Under the pieces are notes generated by a model. It saw only the letters and a program-made list of their open reading frames with translations, was not told the DNA's origin and searched no databases. Below, piece by piece: positions 1-10,640 of a stretch of 64,000 bases of DNA. Source of the stretch: Candidatus Omnitrophota bacterium (GTDB lineage Bacteria; Omnitrophota; Gorgyraeia; JABMRG01); assembly GCA_042577545.1 (NCBI GenBank), contig JBHPDT010000002.1, forward strand, positions 1,574 through 65,573, written 5' to 3'. Within the stretch, counting starts at the first letter, position 1; the number at the start of each line of letters is the position of its first letter. The position numbers and the translations under genes are program-made.

Positions 1-792
1 ATCAACTAACAGATCCCCGGGACCAAGGTGAATATCATGAAAGATGCGTAAAAGCGGTATGATACGCTCCCCTCTTTTTTTGTCATGATATACAGATTTC
101 GGGATCCCCCCTTCAAATATACTAAAACTCATTGGTTCACGCTCTGGATCATATTTATCCCGCCACCACGCAGCTTGCGCGCGTGGCAATAAACAAAATC
201 CATAATCAATCAAATCCTCATATCTTTCTATACCATGTTCATGAAATAATAGTCGCAAATGCTCAGCTAGGGCCTGCGCATTATCCTCATATAATAGTTC
301 AACACCCCTTAATGGCCCAAACTTAAGAACCAGCTTAAGCAAATAATTCAATCTCTGAACTTGCAACCGATAAGCATAAAACTCCTTAGCCTCGCATTCT
401 TCATTAACAAAGGCCTTTTCCATATGCGCTAGTTTTAGCATAGCAGGTATATATAGATCAAATATACGATCCTCCCAAAGATCCACACCACTTGTCGTTA
501 GACCTATGTCATTTGATAAGTCCTTTAATCTTTGAGTCAGATTTTGCCTAGATTCACTACACAAGACAAGTCCGTCAGGTTCATCGCCTAAAAGAGAGCT
601 TTCAACCTTAAATAACTTAGTATAACACCATAATTTAAAACGAAATCCCAGAGGCGCCTTAGGCAGCTTAATCTGCAAATCCCCAGGCGAGATATCAAAA
701 TCAACCCCTGTCGCCATCGGCCTCAGGCAGAATCCATGCGCTGGAGTCAGAAGTATCGATATAATAAGTATTATTTTTAGTATAGTTTTCAT
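1..792 (-). CDS. Secreted hypothetical protein, runs off the left window edge (absent from the ORF track)
   Basis: Manual translation from ATG at 792 is stop-free to base 1: MKTILKIILIISILLTPAHG-FCLRPMATG...IFHDIHLGPGDLLVD. Sec-type signal peptide; consensus promoter upstream. Confidence 0.85.
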   Translation of the reverse strand, partial: MKTILKIILIISILLTPAHGFCLRPMATGVDFDISPGDLQIKLPKAPLGFRFKLWCYTKLFKVESSLLGDEPDGLVLCSESRQNLTQRLKDLSNDIGLTTSGVDLWEDRIFDLYIPAMLKLAHMEKAFVNEECEAKEFYAYRLQVQRLNYLLKLVLKFGPLRGVELLYEDNAQALAEHLRLLFHEHGIERYEDLIDYGFCLLPRAQAAWWRDKYDPEREPMSFSIFEGGIPKSVYHDKKRGERIIPLLRIFHDIHLGPGDLLVD

Positions 793-900
793 AGTATAAA
801 GAGAAAAACCCCTAGTTTTTTATCCGGCGTAGCCGTGCATGAAAATAGCACGGCGAAGACGGAGCCAGGGATTTTATTGTAATTCTTTATTTGAGTATGT

Positions 901-929
901 ATTATAGCAATTTAGGTGAGGTATGTCAA
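901..929 (-). promoter_or_regulatory. sigma70 promoter, perfect consensus
   Basis: Minus strand TTGACA-17 nt-TATAAT with extended -10 TG, about 110 nt upstream of ATG 792. Confidence 0.85.
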
Positions 930-962
930 GAAAAAAAGATCAAAAAAGTTATCAACATAGCT

Positions 963-1361
963 TTACTTTATATCTGCTTGTTTAAAAAGGCCTTTTACAA
1001 AACCTAAATACGCGCGGCTGTCTTTTTCTCCTACAAAAAACCCGCCATCATATAAATTGAAATTCCGCTCTCGCCTCATCTTGTTACCTAGAACCAAAAT
1101 ATCTTCATCTTTTATTATCTGGCTTAACTTCTCTAAGATTTTAATATGATGGCCGCTTTTACTTCTTATCTTATATCCTTTTTTAGCTATTAGAGCTATG
1201 CCTAATTTTATGAGAGCATCATAACTAAACTTAAAAACAACATCTGGGATATCTGATGATTTGGCTATGTCTAAATCATGAACAGCTGACTTTAAGAACT
1301 GCTCAAGCTGCTTCTTTTCGAACTTTAACTTTTGAAAATACTCGTTTTCAAAATTAATCAT
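963..1361 (-). CDS. HEPN-domain protein (toxin partner of an MNT-HEPN pair)
   Basis: 132 aa helical protein with SGHH and RRERNFNLY motifs; its start overlaps the MNT stop. Confidence 0.7.
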   Translation of the reverse strand: MINFENEYFQKLKFEKKQLEQFLKSAVHDLDIAKSSDIPDVVFKFSYDALIKLGIALIAKKGYKIRSKSGHHIKILEKLSQIIKDEDILVLGNKMRRERNFNLYDGGFFVGEKDSRAYLGFVKGLFKQADIK

Positions 1362-1903
1362 ACAAGTTTTATCGGCTTTGTTTTAAAGATATTGGCGATT
1401 AAAGCATCTTTGTTTTTTTTCTTTTTCGTGAATTCCTCTGAACTTAAATTTATCACATTGAATTCTCTGCCTGTGTCCTTCTGCAGTTTTACAATCGACC
1501 TTTGTAGTTCTAATACTGAATGAGCTCCTATGGCTAATATATCTATGTCGCTCGAGGAATCCATCGAATTCTTTGCGTATGATCCAAACACATACGCCTC
1601 CTTTACCCCTTTTAAACTCCCCAATACATCACTTAGCCTCTTTTCTATGCCATGTGTCTTAAGAAAAATTTGCCGGTAGTGCTCTAACACAGGGTTGTCA
1701 TGCGCCAACAAGTAATACCTCTCTTTGCCGCGAAATTCACTTTTAAACAATCCTTTTTCTTCACATTCTTTAAGCTTGGTTTCGGTATTCTTCGGATCGA
1801 GTTCTAAAATCCTTGCCAACTCGTTAATATAATGCTGGGCATTGGGATTTAGAAAATAATAATCGAGAATTTTTACTGTTACCTTTGATCGTAAGGATAT
1901 CAT
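1358..1903 (-). CDS. wHTH plus minimal nucleotidyltransferase (MNT antitoxin)
   Basis: N-terminal HTH (YINELARILELDP) and FGSYAK...SDIDIL NTase motif. Start moved to MISLRSK because the ORF-track start lies inside the promoter. Confidence 0.8.
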   Translation of the reverse strand: MISLRSKVTVKILDYYFLNPNAQHYINELARILELDPKNTETKLKECEEKGLFKSEFRGKERYYLLAHDNPVLEHYRQIFLKTHGIEKRLSDVLGSLKGVKEAYVFGSYAKNSMDSSSDIDILAIGAHSVLELQRSIVKLQKDTGREFNVINLSSEEFTKKKKNKDALIANIFKTKPIKLV

Positions 1904-1907
1904 ATTT

Positions 1908-1954
1908 TTACCATGTTTATGGTAATATATTACCATAACGTATTATTTTGTCAA
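1908..1954 (-). promoter_or_regulatory. Promoter with palindromic operator for the MNT-HEPN operon
   Basis: TTGACA at 1949-1954 (minus). A perfect 18-bp palindrome ATGGTAATATATTACCAT (1919-1936) covers the -10 region, with a third TTACCAT half-site at 1908. Confidence 0.65.
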
Positions 1955-1958
1955 GAAT

Positions 1959-1991
1959 AAAAAAGTAGCGCACCCTATAAGGGTGCGCTAC
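1959..1991 (-). terminator. Rho-independent terminator after gdhA
   Basis: GTAGCGCACCC-TTATA-GGGTGCGCTAC followed by a T run on the minus strand. Confidence 0.85.
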
Positions 1992-2019
1992 AATTGTGGA
2001 TAACTGTGAAAACCAGAAC

Positions 2020-3372
<1,353 letters not shown>

Positions 3373-3435
3373 CTACTGTCCGCGATAACTATTAGCGCCG
3401 TTGGTAATACTTATCGTGATATTGACTAAGTTTTT

Positions 3436-4869
3436 TTAAATATTCACTATTTGTTTCAAGAAAGAATCTACTATAGCAGATGCCGCCTTCTTCGCCATAC
3501 CCATAGCCTCAATTACCGTACCTTCACCGCCGACTATGTCACCACCAGCATAGACATTTTTCACTGAGGTCTCCATCGTCTCGGAATTTACTGTAATATC
3601 ACCCCATTTATCTGTACTTAGCTCTGGTGTGACGCTAGTAAGAAGTTTGTTTGCCCCTAAGCCTACCGCGATTACAGCCTGATCGCAGTCAGAATCAAAC
3701 TCACTTCCCTTGATCGGGACAGGACGTCTTCTTCCGCTTGAATCTGCTTCGCCAAGCTCACACCTTAGGCACTTAATCTTCTCTACATTACCTTTATCAT
3801 TGCCAAAAAAACCTGTGGGCTGCATCAAAAACTCAAAACTAACACCCTCTTCCTTGGCATGCTCGATCTCAAGTCGTCGCGCTGGCATCTCTACTTCTGT
3901 GCGTCTGTAAAAAATACTGACATCTGGTTTGATATTATTTATCTTCTGTAGCCTTAGCGCAATACGGGCAGCATCCATGGCTGTATTGCCTCCACCGATC
4001 ACCACAATATGTCTGCCAACAGTTACAGGTGTATGATATTCAGGAAATCTATAAGCGCCCATTAGGTTTACACGGGTCAAAAACTCATTCGCGGAATACA
4101 CATTGCAAAGGTTCTCACCATCTATACCCATAAAAGATGGTATGCCAGCGCCAAGACCAAGAAATATCGCAGAATATCCTTCGTCAAATAGTTCAGTTAA
4201 GGTCTTGTTCTTGCCTATTATATAATTTAGTACTATCTCAACACCAAGGCTCTTTACGCAATCTATCTCAAAATCCAATACCTCTTGTGGAAGTCTAAAA
4301 GGCGGAATTCCATATCTCAATACACCACCTGTCTTATGAAGCCCCTCAAATATAGTAACTTTAATTCCGTGTCGAGCCAATTCTCCAGCGCAACATAGAC
4401 CCGCAGGCCCGGCCCCTACCACTGCTACCTTCTTGTCAGATAAACGCTTATCTGCAGAGGCCCCTGTCTCAAGTTTATTATCTTTACCGTAATCGCCTAT
4501 GAATCTTTCTAAAAAGTGGATATTTATCGCTTTCTCAGATGCAAAAGGCTGATCCTTCTTAGTAAAGACACAGACCTTTCTGCATTGATATTCCGCCGGG
4601 CAGACCCTACCGCATATAGATGGGAAATTATTCTTCTCTCTTATGGTAAAATAGGCGCCTTTGTAATCCTTTTGCGTAATCTGGGCAATAAATTTTTTGA
4701 TATCTATTTCAACAGGACACCCCTGTATGCAGGTGGGATCTTTGCATTGAATACAGCGCCCCGCTTCCTGAATCGCCTCATCCTCTGTATATTTTGAGAC
4801 AACCTCTTTGAAGCCGGCTACGCGCTCTAGCGCGTCGAGTTCTTGTGGTCTTACTGCTTCTTTTTTCAT
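3436..4869 (-). CDS. nfnB: NfnB/SudA, GltD-like large subunit of electron-bifurcating transhydrogenase
   Basis: RCIQCKDPTCIQGCP and CGRVCP Fe-S motifs; GAGPAG, GGGNTAMD, AGGDIV; coupled to nfnA. Confidence 0.88.
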   Translation of the reverse strand: MKKEAVRPQELDALERVAGFKEVVSKYTEDEAIQEAGRCIQCKDPTCIQGCPVEIDIKKFIAQITQKDYKGAYFTIREKNNFPSICGRVCPAEYQCRKVCVFTKKDQPFASEKAINIHFLERFIGDYGKDNKLETGASADKRLSDKKVAVVGAGPAGLCCAGELARHGIKVTIFEGLHKTGGVLRYGIPPFRLPQEVLDFEIDCVKSLGVEIVLNYIIGKNKTLTELFDEGYSAIFLGLGAGIPSFMGIDGENLCNVYSANEFLTRVNLMGAYRFPEYHTPVTVGRHIVVIGGGNTAMDAARIALRLQKINNIKPDVSIFYRRTEVEMPARRLEIEHAKEEGVSFEFLMQPTGFFGNDKGNVEKIKCLRCELGEADSSGRRRPVPIKGSEFDSDCDQAVIAVGLGANKLLTSVTPELSTDKWGDITVNSETMETSVKNVYAGGDIVGGEGTVIEAMGMAKKAASAIVDSFLKQIVNI

Positions 4870-5699
4870 AGCAATTTACAGATATGCGCTTCCTTATCCT
4901 GATACTTGCTGGTCCGTTTCTTAAGCTCATCCCAATCGACTATATGGGCATCAAACTCAGGCCCGTCAACACAGCTGAATTTCACCTCATCCCCAATCTT
5001 TACCCTGCAGCAACCGCACATGCCTGTAGCATCGACCATAAGCGCGTTAAGGGATACGAGTGTAGAAACACCATGCTCTTTTGTAATGCCTGCCACCCGC
5101 TCCATCATAGGAATTGGACCTACAGCGTAAACTAGCTTGTAGCTTGTAGCTTGTGGCTTGTGGATAAGTAAATCACCCAATATGTTGGTGGTGAATCCTT
5201 TTTTTCCGTAAGAACCGTCGTCAGTGCAAATTAGCAGCGTATCAGATACCTTCTTTAATTCATCTTCCAAAATCAATATCTCTTTAGTTCTTGCTCCTAA
5301 AATAGTTGTTACATTATTTCCAGCTTCTTTAAGGCCCCGCGCAACTGGAAATATCTCCGCTATCCCAACGCCACCGCCTATTATAATAACACTACCATAG
5401 TCCTTCATCTGGGTCGCGTGGCCCAGGGGACCAACTAACGCATAGAGAGAATCTCCGGCATTAAGCCTGCCTAAAAGCTGGGTTGTGAATCCTAGTTCTT
5501 GAAATATAAGCTTAATAGTCCCTGAAGATAAATTCTTATCAACAACTGTTAAAGGTATCCGTTCGCCTTCTTCGCTTACCATCAGAATAACAAATTGCCC
5601 TGGTAAGGCCTTTGGGGCAATATGAGGCGCTTGGACATCAATCTCGGTTACCCTTGTATCTTTTGTATCGACTAATATTTTTTTATTAAGTATCTTCAT
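4866..5699 (-). CDS. nfnA: NfnA/SudB ferredoxin-NADP reductase-like small subunit
   Basis: PGQFVI, GERIPLT, GPLG, GGGVG, MVDATGMCGCCRV...CVDGPEF. Confidence 0.9.
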   Translation of the reverse strand: MKILNKKILVDTKDTRVTEIDVQAPHIAPKALPGQFVILMVSEEGERIPLTVVDKNLSSGTIKLIFQELGFTTQLLGRLNAGDSLYALVGPLGHATQMKDYGSVIIIGGGVGIAEIFPVARGLKEAGNNVTTILGARTKEILILEDELKKVSDTLLICTDDGSYGKKGFTTNILGDLLIHKPQATSYKLVYAVGPIPMMERVAGITKEHGVSTLVSLNALMVDATGMCGCCRVKIGDEVKFSCVDGPEFDAHIVDWDELKKRTSKYQDKEAHICKLL

Positions 5700-5765
5700 T
5701 ACTAGAGTGGTATATCCTTAAATGAAATGAGAGTTTTTTTGCACAATATTTAGGCAGCGGTAATG

Positions 5766-5842
5766 AAAAAAAGACATTCCTCCCCACCTCTTATTTCTGG
5801 GTATAGAACGTCTTTGTCCTATTCTTGATACGCCTTTGTATC
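5766..5842 (-). promoter_or_regulatory. ANTAR-type dual-hairpin attenuator upstream of nfnAB-gdhA
   Basis: Minus strand GATAC-AAAGGC-GTATC, 7 nt, GGAC-AAAGAC-GTTC (hexaloops with A1 and G4). The second hairpin overlaps the 5' arm of a terminator ending GAATGTCTTTTTTT. TTGACT promoter just upstream. Confidence 0.8.
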
Positions 5843-5986
5843 GGTAGTGATATAATTATCTACAAATTCAGGAATTAGTCAAGAGAAATCTGACTTTTTG
5901 TCAAGCAAATTTAAAAATGTAACATTCGGGTACGGGATCTGGTCTAGTGAAAACCCCAGTGAGAATGCAAAGCAAGGAATTGGCAA

Positions 5987-8512
5987 TTATCTCTCCTGCT
6001 TAATCTCTTTGCTTTTGTGTCGAAAAGCCTTCCTCCCGACTACAACTATTCCAGCAATAAATAGTAACCAGGATATAATCGATATTATCAGTCCAACCTT
6101 AAAGGATTTAGGGTCGCAATAAAATCTTATTATAGATTCTCCTTCAGGGATAATAACCCCGGAAAAGAGTAGATTAACCCTAAATATATCGACAGGATCT
6201 CCGTTAATAGTACATCTCCACCATGAATGCCATGTATTTGTTGTGCCTAAAACCCTTCTTGAGTCCGAGTTAACCTTTAATTCAATGAGATCGGGCGTAT
6301 CTCTGTTAATAGAAATCCTTTCATTGTCAATGGCTTTAAAGGTTACCTTACGATTCTCTTCTCTAGTCCTGTTTTCGTTTACTAGATATGAAGTCTTACG
6401 AGGGTCATAGGTGTCAACTATCAACGTATTTAATAAATCGTTAACGTTTTGTTTATATACGATAGATGACGGAAAATAAAATCTCGGAGCAACATCCTCT
6501 ACTTCTAAAACCGCTATCTTCTCATCCGCGTATATTTCTTTGTAGTTGTTTTTATAATTATTCATATACCCCCGAATGAACCCGCCGGGTTCTTTTGCTG
6601 AGAATATCAAATATTTTATTGAAAAAAGATTCAGAAACCCTTGAGATATCATAGGGCCGGAAGGCGCGGCTCTAAAAAAGAGTCCGTTTCTTCTAAAAAA
6701 CATAGCATAAAGCAAATTATTATTGGGAACAAGACTGGAGTACCCAGTAACAATAGGTAATCGGCCCAACATATTACCGTCTGGTCCCAATCGAAATATA
6801 TTATCCTTCGCTTCCGCGCCTTCGCAAATTAGCTTTCTGCTGGATCTAAACTCTTCCAGGCCTGAGAGATGATGAATTCTATACTTACTTAAGTCACCAT
6901 CTTTAAGCAAAATCTCGGCAGGGTGCTCTATAGCTACAGAAAGCTCCTTATAATTAATTCCTCGACAAAATGTTTTTTTCCAGAAGCGGAATTGATTATT
7001 TATGTCTGTAAGATCTACGAAGTTGATAACTATTAATACTCCTATAAACACAGATGTCCATTTGGGTTTAATCTTAATAGCAAATAATAGCAGCAGCCCT
7101 ACCAGAAGTATCACGATACCCCTAACTGCTACCCCGCGTAGAATCGGAAAATTTTTCTCAAAAAACGGTTCTGCCTTATCAATCATATCAGCTCTGGCGT
7201 GTACACTCGATACAAAAGATTTTGTAACTGACGGAAACGAAAATAAAACAATAGATACTAAGAAGATAAGCATGACACATATATACCCATTTAACAGTTT
7301 ACGACTGCTTACAATCTTCTCAAGAATTGCAAAGCAGATAATCGCACCCGGCAATATGATAAGATTATTAATGCGACCGTAAGGTACGCCACTTTTAAGA
7401 TTCAGAAAATAAAGCAATCGGATGCCAATAGTCGTGGTTGTCGCTACAACAATAAAGAGATACATCAACCGCCAGAACTTTAACCTGCGTCCCAAAAATA
7501 ATAATCCGTATACAATTGTAACAGCTGCCAACAAACCTTGATAAGTCGTAAATGACTCCACGGTTGACCAGCCATCTCTCCATGTCGGCCACCAACCTAC
7601 GCCCGCGGAAGTGAATATCTTAGGTAGAACTATTCGGATAACATATTGCCAAGGTACTAAGTTATAAGCAACTGATCGCTCCATTGATACACCGACCCTA
7701 AGCTGATCTCCTGTATGCCTTAAATTATCCATGAGCGGCATGAGAAAATAGGAAGAGAGCAACACCGCGTAAAAACACGCGAACGACAAGACCACAAAAA
7801 CTCTTAAGCGAGATCGTACGCTTCCCCCGACAAAAAGTCCATACATAAAATAGATATAAATAGAATATAAACTAAACTGAATAGTACCTTGTGTAAACTG
7901 AATATGAATAAAGAATATAGTGAAAAGTATATCAAGCAGTCGTATGCGGTCTCGTAATCGGTGAATAAAAAACAGTATCCACGGTATAACAGCAAATTGT
8001 ATAGACATAGGATAAAATAAGCCTAACACTGAAATACTTGTCGATGAAACATACATAAGTGCGGCCGCAAACCTGTAAAATTTATTTTCAATCCAATAAC
8101 CCGCCAAGAGAAATAACCCGATTCCAGCCAATATTATCTCCAATAAATAATGTAGCTCCAATAGATACAAAAAATTCTGTTTGCTGGATATGAGCAGAGT
8201 CAATATAACAGTCGGACTGAGAAACATATTAGGATTACCAATCAGTGGCATACCATTCCATATATATGGATTCCAACGTATAATATGGAAATTCTTTATA
8301 CCGTCTCTCAAGAGATCTAGCAGGGGATAATATACCTCAAGCCCATCTTCACTAAAGATTACGTGATGGGGAGATTGCACAAATGTGATATTGGGATATA
8401 CTATTACGCAGATTGCTATAACAAGGCCAATAATCCAAAAAATATTGGGCAAGTTTAATAGCTTTATAAGAAGTTTATTTTGCTGTGGCTCCATGTAACA
8501 ATCCTTACGCAA
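5987..8512 (-). CDS. YfhO-family polytopic membrane glycosyltransferase (GT-C)
   Basis: WNPYIWNGMP, many TM helices, GYSS motif, C-terminal WRCTING...RVNLLFSGV and a terminal TM helix. Start may be 8494. Confidence 0.8.
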   Translation of the reverse strand: MRKDCYMEPQQNKLLIKLLNLPNIFWIIGLVIAICVIVYPNITFVQSPHHVIFSEDGLEVYYPLLDLLRDGIKNFHIIRWNPYIWNGMPLIGNPNMFLSPTVILTLLISSKQNFLYLLELHYLLEIILAGIGLFLLAGYWIENKFYRFAAALMYVSSTSISVLGLFYPMSIQFAVIPWILFFIHRLRDRIRLLDILFTIFFIHIQFTQGTIQFSLYSIYIYFMYGLFVGGSVRSRLRVFVVLSFACFYAVLLSSYFLMPLMDNLRHTGDQLRVGVSMERSVAYNLVPWQYVIRIVLPKIFTSAGVGWWPTWRDGWSTVESFTTYQGLLAAVTIVYGLLFLGRRLKFWRLMYLFIVVATTTTIGIRLLYFLNLKSGVPYGRINNLIILPGAIICFAILEKIVSSRKLLNGYICVMLIFLVSIVLFSFPSVTKSFVSSVHARADMIDKAEPFFEKNFPILRGVAVRGIVILLVGLLLLFAIKIKPKWTSVFIGVLIVINFVDLTDINNQFRFWKKTFCRGINYKELSVAIEHPAEILLKDGDLSKYRIHHLSGLEEFRSSRKLICEGAEAKDNIFRLGPDGNMLGRLPIVTGYSSLVPNNNLLYAMFFRRNGLFFRAAPSGPMISQGFLNLFSIKYLIFSAKEPGGFIRGYMNNYKNNYKEIYADEKIAVLEVEDVAPRFYFPSSIVYKQNVNDLLNTLIVDTYDPRKTSYLVNENRTREENRKVTFKAIDNERISINRDTPDLIELKVNSDSRRVLGTTNTWHSWWRCTINGDPVDIFRVNLLFSGVIIPEGESIIRFYCDPKSFKVGLIISIISWLLFIAGIVVVGRKAFRHKSKEIKQER

Positions 8513-8518
8513 GAAACA

Positions 8519-9985
8519 TTATCTTTTCTTAGAAACTACCGCAAACAGCGTAGTGCCAAAAGGGAACTTAATTCTATCTAAGAGTTTAATTTCAATAGTA
8601 AACCAAAATCTGAGAAACTCATTCAGTATTTTCGGTGGCAGTGTGGTAGTATCACTATGTGGTTTTTTACCAGACACAACCATCCTCCTCAGTAATCTTA
8701 TAGGAGCGACAACTAAAAAAGATATGAAAAAGAAATATCCTAAACGTTCTATCTTAAATCCAGATTCATGCAAATCCGCGCATAGAGATACCTTATCATA
8801 TCTTCTAAAATGACACAAGGCTTCATCATGCTGACTCCATAAAAACGCAAAGGCCGGCACAGTTATTACCATTTTACCATTGTCGCGCATAACCCTTTTA
8901 CATTCGTGCAATACTTCTATCGGATCTGATACGTGCTCCAGTATGTCAAGGCATGTTACAATATCAAATCTAGAATCTTTATAATCCATCTTCTCCGCGG
9001 TAGATCGTAATACATTAGTTATGCCTCTTTCTTTACAAAAACTTACAGCTCGATCTGATACATCAACGCCATGCGCATCTCCAATCTTGTTTAAGGATAA
9101 TAGCGTGCGGCCTGTGCCGGATCCTACATCCAATATTGCGGGAGACTCGGACCTTATCGGGTTCATTAAGCTTAGGGCCAGTCTTCTATGGGAAATGAAC
9201 CACCAGTGGTAGTTTTCCATATTATACATGTACCTGTATTCGTCAGGTCCCATGTATTTATCTGACGTGTTAATCGGAACACAATGCCAATTACGAACCT
9301 GTAATATATTAACGAACATTTTTATCGGATCAGTGAGCACATTGATCTTCGATCCACTGCGATGTCTCCAGGAGACAGGACTCTCAATAATCCTATATCC
9401 CATCTTATGCCCAAGGTATAGGGCTTCGATATCAAAGCCAAACCCATTCAGGTAAATCCTGGAAAAAAGCGGCACTATTACATCTTTCTTAAACATCTTA
9501 AAACCACATTGCGTATCGCTAATATTCTTGAAAAGAAAAAACTGAACAAAGGAATTGAAAACTTTCCCAATAAGTTTCCTATACCATTTTACTTCCAGTG
9601 TCTGGCCCTTATCTTTAAGGACCCTTGAGCCCACAAAGATATCATACCCTTGCTTCAGGAGATAATGGATATTCTTATCTATCTCATCCGGTTGGACCGA
9701 ACCATCAGCATCCATAAAAACGCGTAGCTCACCGGTAGCTTTAAGCATACCCCTTTTGACAGCATAGCCTTTTCCATGGTTCCTATCAATCTTGACTAGC
9801 TGGAGATTTTTGAATCTTTTTGCGTATGAGATAACTACTGCTTCAGTCTTATCAGCGCTACCATCATCAACCACTATTATCTCGGATTTTCTTTTAGAGT
9901 TATTGCAATAAGAGATGACCTGCTCGAGAAATTGCGGGAGTCTTTTTTCTTCATTATAGGCAGGAATTATAATAGATAAATCCAT
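8519..9985 (-). CDS. Polyprenyl-phosphate glycosyltransferase (GT2) fused to a class I SAM methyltransferase
   Basis: IIIPAYNE, VDDGS, GKGYAV, FMDAD, DTQCGFK, FDIE; C-terminal half LDVGSGTG...LDILEHV...TVPA. Confidence 0.88.
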   Translation of the reverse strand: MDLSIIIPAYNEEKRLPQFLEQVISYCNNSKRKSEIIVVDDGSADKTEAVVISYAKRFKNLQLVKIDRNHGKGYAVKRGMLKATGELRVFMDADGSVQPDEIDKNIHYLLKQGYDIFVGSRVLKDKGQTLEVKWYRKLIGKVFNSFVQFFLFKNISDTQCGFKMFKKDVIVPLFSRIYLNGFGFDIEALYLGHKMGYRIIESPVSWRHRSGSKINVLTDPIKMFVNILQVRNWHCVPINTSDKYMGPDEYRYMYNMENYHWWFISHRRLALSLMNPIRSESPAILDVGSGTGRTLLSLNKIGDAHGVDVSDRAVSFCKERGITNVLRSTAEKMDYKDSRFDIVTCLDILEHVSDPIEVLHECKRVMRDNGKMVITVPAFAFLWSQHDEALCHFRRYDKVSLCADLHESGFKIERLGYFFFISFLVVAPIRLLRRMVVSGKKPHSDTTTLPPKILNEFLRFWFTIEIKLLDRIKFPFGTTLFAVVSKKR

Positions 9986-10005
9986 AAATGATCTTTCGAT
10001 GAAAC

Positions 10006-10525
10006 CTAGGATACAAGTAATAATCTGGTAATCGCGGCTGCTGCTTTTTTGGCCATAATTACAGTGCCCTCTCCACCTACAATGTCGCCACCAGCATAGA
10101 CTCCTTGAATAGAGGTCTTCATTGTATTAGGATCTACAGTAATATCGCCCCATTTATCGGTTTTTAGGCCTGGGGTAACACTTGTAAGTAGCTTGTTCGC
10201 GCCAAGGCCTACTGCGATCACAGCCTGATCGCACTCTGCCTCAAAGTCACTGCCTATAATAGGCACTGGCCTTCTTCTACCACTTGAATCTGGCTCACCA
10301 AGTTCACATTTGAGCAATCTTATCTTCTGAACGCACCATTTCTCATCCCCGCCGAACCCAGTTGGCTGAATCAGAAACTCAAATTTAACGCCCTCTTCTT
10401 TTGCCATCACAACCACAAACTGTCCTGGCAAGACCTTGGGGGCAATGTGAGGCGCCTCTACCTCGATCATTGTAGATCTGGGGTTTTGTTGCACCTGTTA
10501 TGATCTGTTTTTTGAGGATCTTCAT
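10006..10525 (-). pseudogene. Decayed nfnA'-'nfnB chimera
   Basis: Starts MKILKKQI at 10525, frameshifts, continues as NfnA (APHIAPKVLPGQFVVVM), then jumps to the NfnB C-terminus (AKEEGV...AGGDIVGGEGTVI). Also lacks EAMG relative to nfnB. Confidence 0.85.
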
Positions 10526-10545
10526 AGTAAACGTTCATGATAGTT

Positions 10546-10640
10546 ATCCCCCCTTGATTTCTTTGAAATCAAAACAGGGGGGATAAATTCGCACTTATGA
10601 GTTATGTCATATTCCATATGACATAACTCATGTGCTCATT
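10546..10640. repeat. Composite palindromic element (ATCCCCCC...GGGGGGAT hairpin plus AATTCG...CTCATT hairpin)
   Basis: The same two-part element recurs inverted at 58767-58857. Confidence 0.75.

Noticed and set aside
1995-2010. DnaA box TGTGGATAA suggesting oriC
   Set aside because: One perfect box plus weak matches; no box cluster, unwinding element or dnaA context.
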